A DNA stretch of 32,000 bases from Candidatus Saccharimonadota bacterium (GTDB taxonomy: Bacteria > Bacillota_I > Bacilli_A > Mycoplasmatales > Hepatoplasmataceae): the NCBI GenBank assembly GCA_027925325.1, contig AP027133.1, forward strand, positions 450,001 to 482,000. The letters are read 5' to 3'. Below, in pieces: positions 28,257 through 32,000 of the stretch (positions are counted from its first letter, which is position 1; every line of letters begins with the position of its first letter). The translations under genes were made by a program, and so were the position numbers. Under the pieces are notes generated by a model. It was not told where the DNA came from and did not search any database. It saw nothing but the letters and a program-made list of their open reading frames with translations.

Positions 28257-30935
28257 TGAAGCAAATCTTTCCACATTTGCTTCATCAAGGGCCGCTTCTA
28301 CTTCATCTAATAATAAAAGTGGTAATTTTCTAATCTCATTGATGGCAAAAATTAATGAGATTGCGATCAATGATTTTTCACCACCTGAATAAAGAGAAAG
28401 ATTTTTCACCGCTTTCCCAGGAGCGGAGGCTTTTATTTCAAGTCCTGATTCTAATAAATTATCTGGTTCTAAAAATTGTAATTTAGCATGTCCACCTCTA
28501 AATAAAGTTTTAAAAATAGCATCAAAACGATCATTTATTTTTGTAAAAGTATTTCCGATTCGTTTAATCATTTCTTGATCCATAATTTCAATCGTAGAAA
28601 TTAATTTATTCTTTGCCTCTGTTAAATCAGTCACTTCATAATTTAATTTTTGATAATCTTTTTCTAATTTTTGATATCTTTCAATTGAATCTTGATCGAT
28701 ATAACCAATCGCTTTTAATTCACTTCGATATTGTTGTTGTTTTGCTATTATCTCTTCTAATTTCTCTTTTGTCTTTACAAATTTCTTTTGTTTTAAATTA
28801 TCATATGTTAATTGATAATCTTTGTTTAAAATATCAATATTATCATTAATTTCTCGTTCTAATTTATCTAATCTAATTTCCGCATGTTGCACTTTCTCTA
28901 AAAGCTCTTGTCATTTTTTATTTTGTAACTGTTGCTCATCTTGCGCACCAATTATTTTAAGTGACAATTGATGTTTTTTAGCATTAAGATTTTTAATTTG
29001 ATTGATAATTTTCTCAAGTGATAAAGGCTTTTCAATTTTTGTTTTTTGCTCTAATTGATTTAAATTAAATTCTTCATTAAACGTAGTTTGATAACCTTCT
29101 AATAATTGCATAAATTCATGATCTAAATGATTCAATCTTTCACCACTACGGATAATTTCTCGTTGAATTAACTCTTTTTTGGCATTAAAATCTAAAATAT
29201 TTGTCTCTAGATTATCAATTTTTATTTGATTTACTTTGATAATTTTTTCTAATTTTTCTTTTCCCAATTGATATTTTGCTAATTCATTTTTTGTTTTAAC
29301 TTTATTATTATATCCGCCCTTTACCGTAAAACCTGGATAGATAATATCACCATCTAAGGTTACTATCGTTAAACGATATTGAATAAATTTTGCAGCCATT
29401 AAAGCTGAATCTAAATCGTTAAAAATAACAATATTTCCTGTAAGGGAAGAAATGACATTTTTAAATTTTTGATCAGCTTTTATTACATCGCTTAAAATTG
29501 CAACAAAACCATTAATTTTTAAAACAACATTTTTTAATTCATTGTTTAATAGTTTTCCTTTTACATTTTCAGCAGGGATAAATGTTGCAACTCCACTTTT
29601 ATTATTTTTTAAAAAAGCAATCGCCTCTTTGATTGTTTTTTCATTATTTACAATTAAATTTTGAAATTTATTAGTAATTGCTGCCTCAAGTGCCAATTGA
29701 TATTCTTTATCAACTTTAATAAGATCTTTTACCGTTCCATAGATAAAATTAAAAATTAATTTATTATCTAAAATTATTTTTACGGCTTGATTATAATTTT
29801 TATCGCTTTTTTTTAAATATTCGATCTGAAATTTTATTTGATTCAATTTATTACTATAATCTTTGGTTTGCTCTTCTAAATTAGACATTTCCTTTTTAAA
29901 AGAAATTATTTCCTTATTTAAATTTTCTTCTTCTTGTTCTGCTGTTTTGATAATTTCTTTTAAATCATTTACTGCAAAAAGCGAATATTTAATTTTGCTA
30001 GCAAATTCTTTTTTATCACCCTTGAAATTAATTGCTTTATTTAAATTATTTTGTAAATTATTCTGCTTTGCATGTAATTCTGTGATTTCTTGGTCTAATT
30101 TTAAAAGATCTATTTGATCTTTTTTTAGTTCTCTTGCTAATTTATCTAAATTTTTTTCAATTAAAACCTTTTCATCATCACTTTTTAATTTGAATTGACT
30201 TAATTCTTCTTGTTCTTTATAATCATCATTTAAAATATTTTGAATAAGTGGTAATTCAATCTTTGCTAATTGCTCTTTTATTTGTAAATAATTTTTGGCT
30301 TGTTCACTCGCCTTTTTTAAAGGGGCAATTTGTTTTTTTAATTCTGCTAATTTTACCTCAAAAATTTCTAAATTTGTCTTTACTTTTTCAAATTTTAAAA
30401 GCGCTTCTTTTTTATGGAGTTGATATTTGCTAACTCCTGAAGCTTCATCTAAAAGTGCTCGTAAATCTTGCGCTCTTGCTTCTGCAATTTTAGCAACCGA
30501 ACCTTGTGAAATAATCGAAAGATCGGTATTACCTAATCCAGTATCTAAAAAAAGATTACGAACATCTTTTCTTCTTACTTTTTCTTTATTAATAAAATAT
30601 TCATTTTCATTTTTATTACGATAAGACTTTCTTGTAATTATTACCTCATTTGCCTCATGTTCTAAAATTTTATTATCGTTATCAAAAAAAAGACTGACCT
30701 CTGCAAATTCAGCCGCTTCTTTATTAAGTGAACCACTAAAGATCATATCATCAGTTTTTTTAGCACGCAAAGTCTTTTTTGAGCTCTCGCCCAAAACTCA
30801 CTTTAAAGCGTCATTTATATTTGATTTTCCTGAACCATTTGGACCGACAATCACCGTAAGTCCCTTTTTAAATTCGACAACTGTTGGAAAAGCAAATGAC
30901 TTAAAACCTTTAAGCTCAATTTTTTTTAAAAACAT
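28092..30935 (-). CDS. smc: chromosome condensation/segregation ATPase SMC (947 aa)
   Basis: Fragments 28092..28892 and 28911..30794 plus the N-terminus up to the ATG at 30933..30935 are in one frame, joined by TGA codons. The N-terminal Walker A is [14 protein letters not shown]...[11 protein letters not shown] long coiled coil and hinge follow. The C-terminal signature is LSGGEKS-like YSGGEKSL, with Walker [13 protein letters not shown] and the H-loop VSHR. Confidence 0.93.
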
Positions 30936-31627
30936 TATTTTAAATCCACCTTTTTACTAATTGCATTTTTGGCCGCTTTTTGCTCTGCTTCCTTTTTTGA
31001 ATTACCAGTCCCTTCCCCTAATTTATTATTATCATGAAAAACAGCAACCATAAAAAAATTTTTATTTCCTTCTCGTCATTGCTTAATAACCTTATAAAAA
31101 GCTGTATTTCCACCATTCGATTGTAAATTTTCTTGTAATCTTGTTTTATAGTCTTTAAACGTTGATTTAACTTTTAAATTTTTCTTTATGTAAATCAAAA
31201 TATTTTTTTTGATAAAAGATTTTACTGCTTTTAATCCAAGATCAAGATAGATTGCACCGACAAGCGATTCAAAGACATCTTCATAAACCGAATCAGAAGG
31301 TTTATTTTTCATTTCGCCTAATCCTCGTTGAATATAATTTTCAAATTGTAATTTCTTTCCAAGCTGTGAAAGGTTTTTTTTATCAACATGGGTCGAACGA
31401 ATTAAAGTCATTTCGCCTGGTGGTAAATCAGGAAAATTTTTATAAACATATTCACCAACAATATAACCTAAAATTGAATCACCAAGAAATTCTAGCCGTT
31501 CATAACTTTCAATCTGATTTTTTGCCTCATGACTAAAAGACATATGTGTAAAGGCTATTTGATAATATTTTATATTTTTAAAATTAATCCCATTTTTTAA
31601 TAAAAAAGTTTCAAAATTATTTTTCAT
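30935..31627 (-). CDS. rnc: ribonuclease III (230 aa)
   Basis: The track ORF reads through the TGA at 31076 to a TAA at 30935..30937 (TAATG overlap with the smc start). The RNase III signature is [12 protein letters not shown]. The C-terminal dsRBD is [19 protein letters not shown]. Confidence 0.92.
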
Positions 31628-32000
31628 TTTTAAGTTTTTTTTGAATGTTTTCTAATAATTGATTTTCAAGTAATCTTTTTCCTAAAATTAAGGAATTAAG
31701 AAAATATTTAGTATCAGATCCTCCATGTACTTTAATTAAAAGATGATTTAAACCTAAAACAATCGCTCCACCTACATCTCCTGCACTAAATGCTTTTTTA
31801 AATCTTGTTCGTAGATCTTTTGCCAAAAATAGACCTAATTTTGTTAAAAGATCTTTATTTGCAGTTTCTTTCATTAATTTATAAATAATATTAAAAGAAC
31901 CTTCGTAGGCTTTAATTACAATATTACCACTAATTCCATCGGCAACAATAATATCTTCATCAGCATAAAGTAATTTATCAGCTTCAATATTTCCTAAAAA
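31617..32000 (-). CDS. plsX: phosphate acyltransferase PlsX, C-terminal part (the 5' end of the gene is outside the window)
   Basis: Translation ...FLGNIEADKLLYADEDIIVADGISGNIVIKAYEG...GGAIVLGLNHLLIKVHGGSD matches the PlsX core (F.GN.E...l.....DV.V.DGF.GN..LK..EG ... GGA.LLG......K.HG.S). The stop overlaps the rnc start by 11 nt. Confidence 0.85.
   Translation of the reverse strand, partial: FLGNIEADKLLYADEDIIVADGISGNIVIKAYEGSFNIIYKLMKETANKDLLTKLGLFLAKDLRTRFKKAFSAGDVGGAIVLGLNHLLIKVHGGSDTKYFLNSLILGKRLLENQLLENIQKKLKNEK

Noticed and set aside
1010-31536. Plus-strand ORFs of 60-113 aa in the track: 1010..1192, 1908..2249, 3119..3403, 3486..3713, 3619..3801, 9795..10016, 12057..12239, 14719..14919, 17078..17272, 28613..28849, 29863..30117, 30248..30433, 30427..30624 and 31252..31536.
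   Set aside because: Almost all lie antisense within well-supported minus-strand genes; 12057..12239 instead lies out of frame inside the plus-strand gene 11864..12286. All have low-complexity F/L/I/S/K-rich translations typical of shadow ORFs in AT-rich DNA. None shows a recognisable motif or a start context.

Overview
Very AT-rich, gene-dense chromosomal segment from a Mollicutes-type (Mycoplasma-like) bacterium that reads TGA as Trp (translation table 4). Most minus-strand fragments in the standard-code ORF track join their neighbours in the same frame across TGA codons that fall at conserved Trp positions, for example GHSKWANIKH in YebC, DGGLWANNP in patatin and WIEDFPLF in AspS. After re-joining I count 37 intact or window-truncated CDSs, all but one on the minus strand. 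They are mostly housekeeping genes in Bacillus-like synteny blocks: plsX..rnc-smc-ftsY-ylxM; 5'-3' exonuclease-fpg-permease-coaE-dnaB-dnaI; yebC-nadD/yqeK-pepP-efp; ldh-secDF-hisS...aspS; parE. I saw no rRNA, tRNA or CRISPR array. The standout is a 916-bp insertion (27141..28056) exactly at the smc/ftsY junction. It carries a free-standing GIY-YIG nuclease gene (234 codons, 10 in-frame TGA codons, so invisible in the supplied ORF track). It is bracketed by 200-bp direct repeats (26941..27140 and 28057..28256, 4 mismatches) that duplicate the smc 3' end, the spacer and the first 8 codons of ftsY, so both host genes stay intact. Secondary points are three tandem deoxynucleoside-kinase paralogs, a NadD-YqeK fusion, a fused 1025-aa SecDF-like protein, a patatin-like lipase coupled to aspS, and a 340-bp non-coding region upstream of deoC. 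That region has a strong terminator, a purine-rich (U)AGA(A) repeat tract and a perfect palindrome over a TATAAT box.
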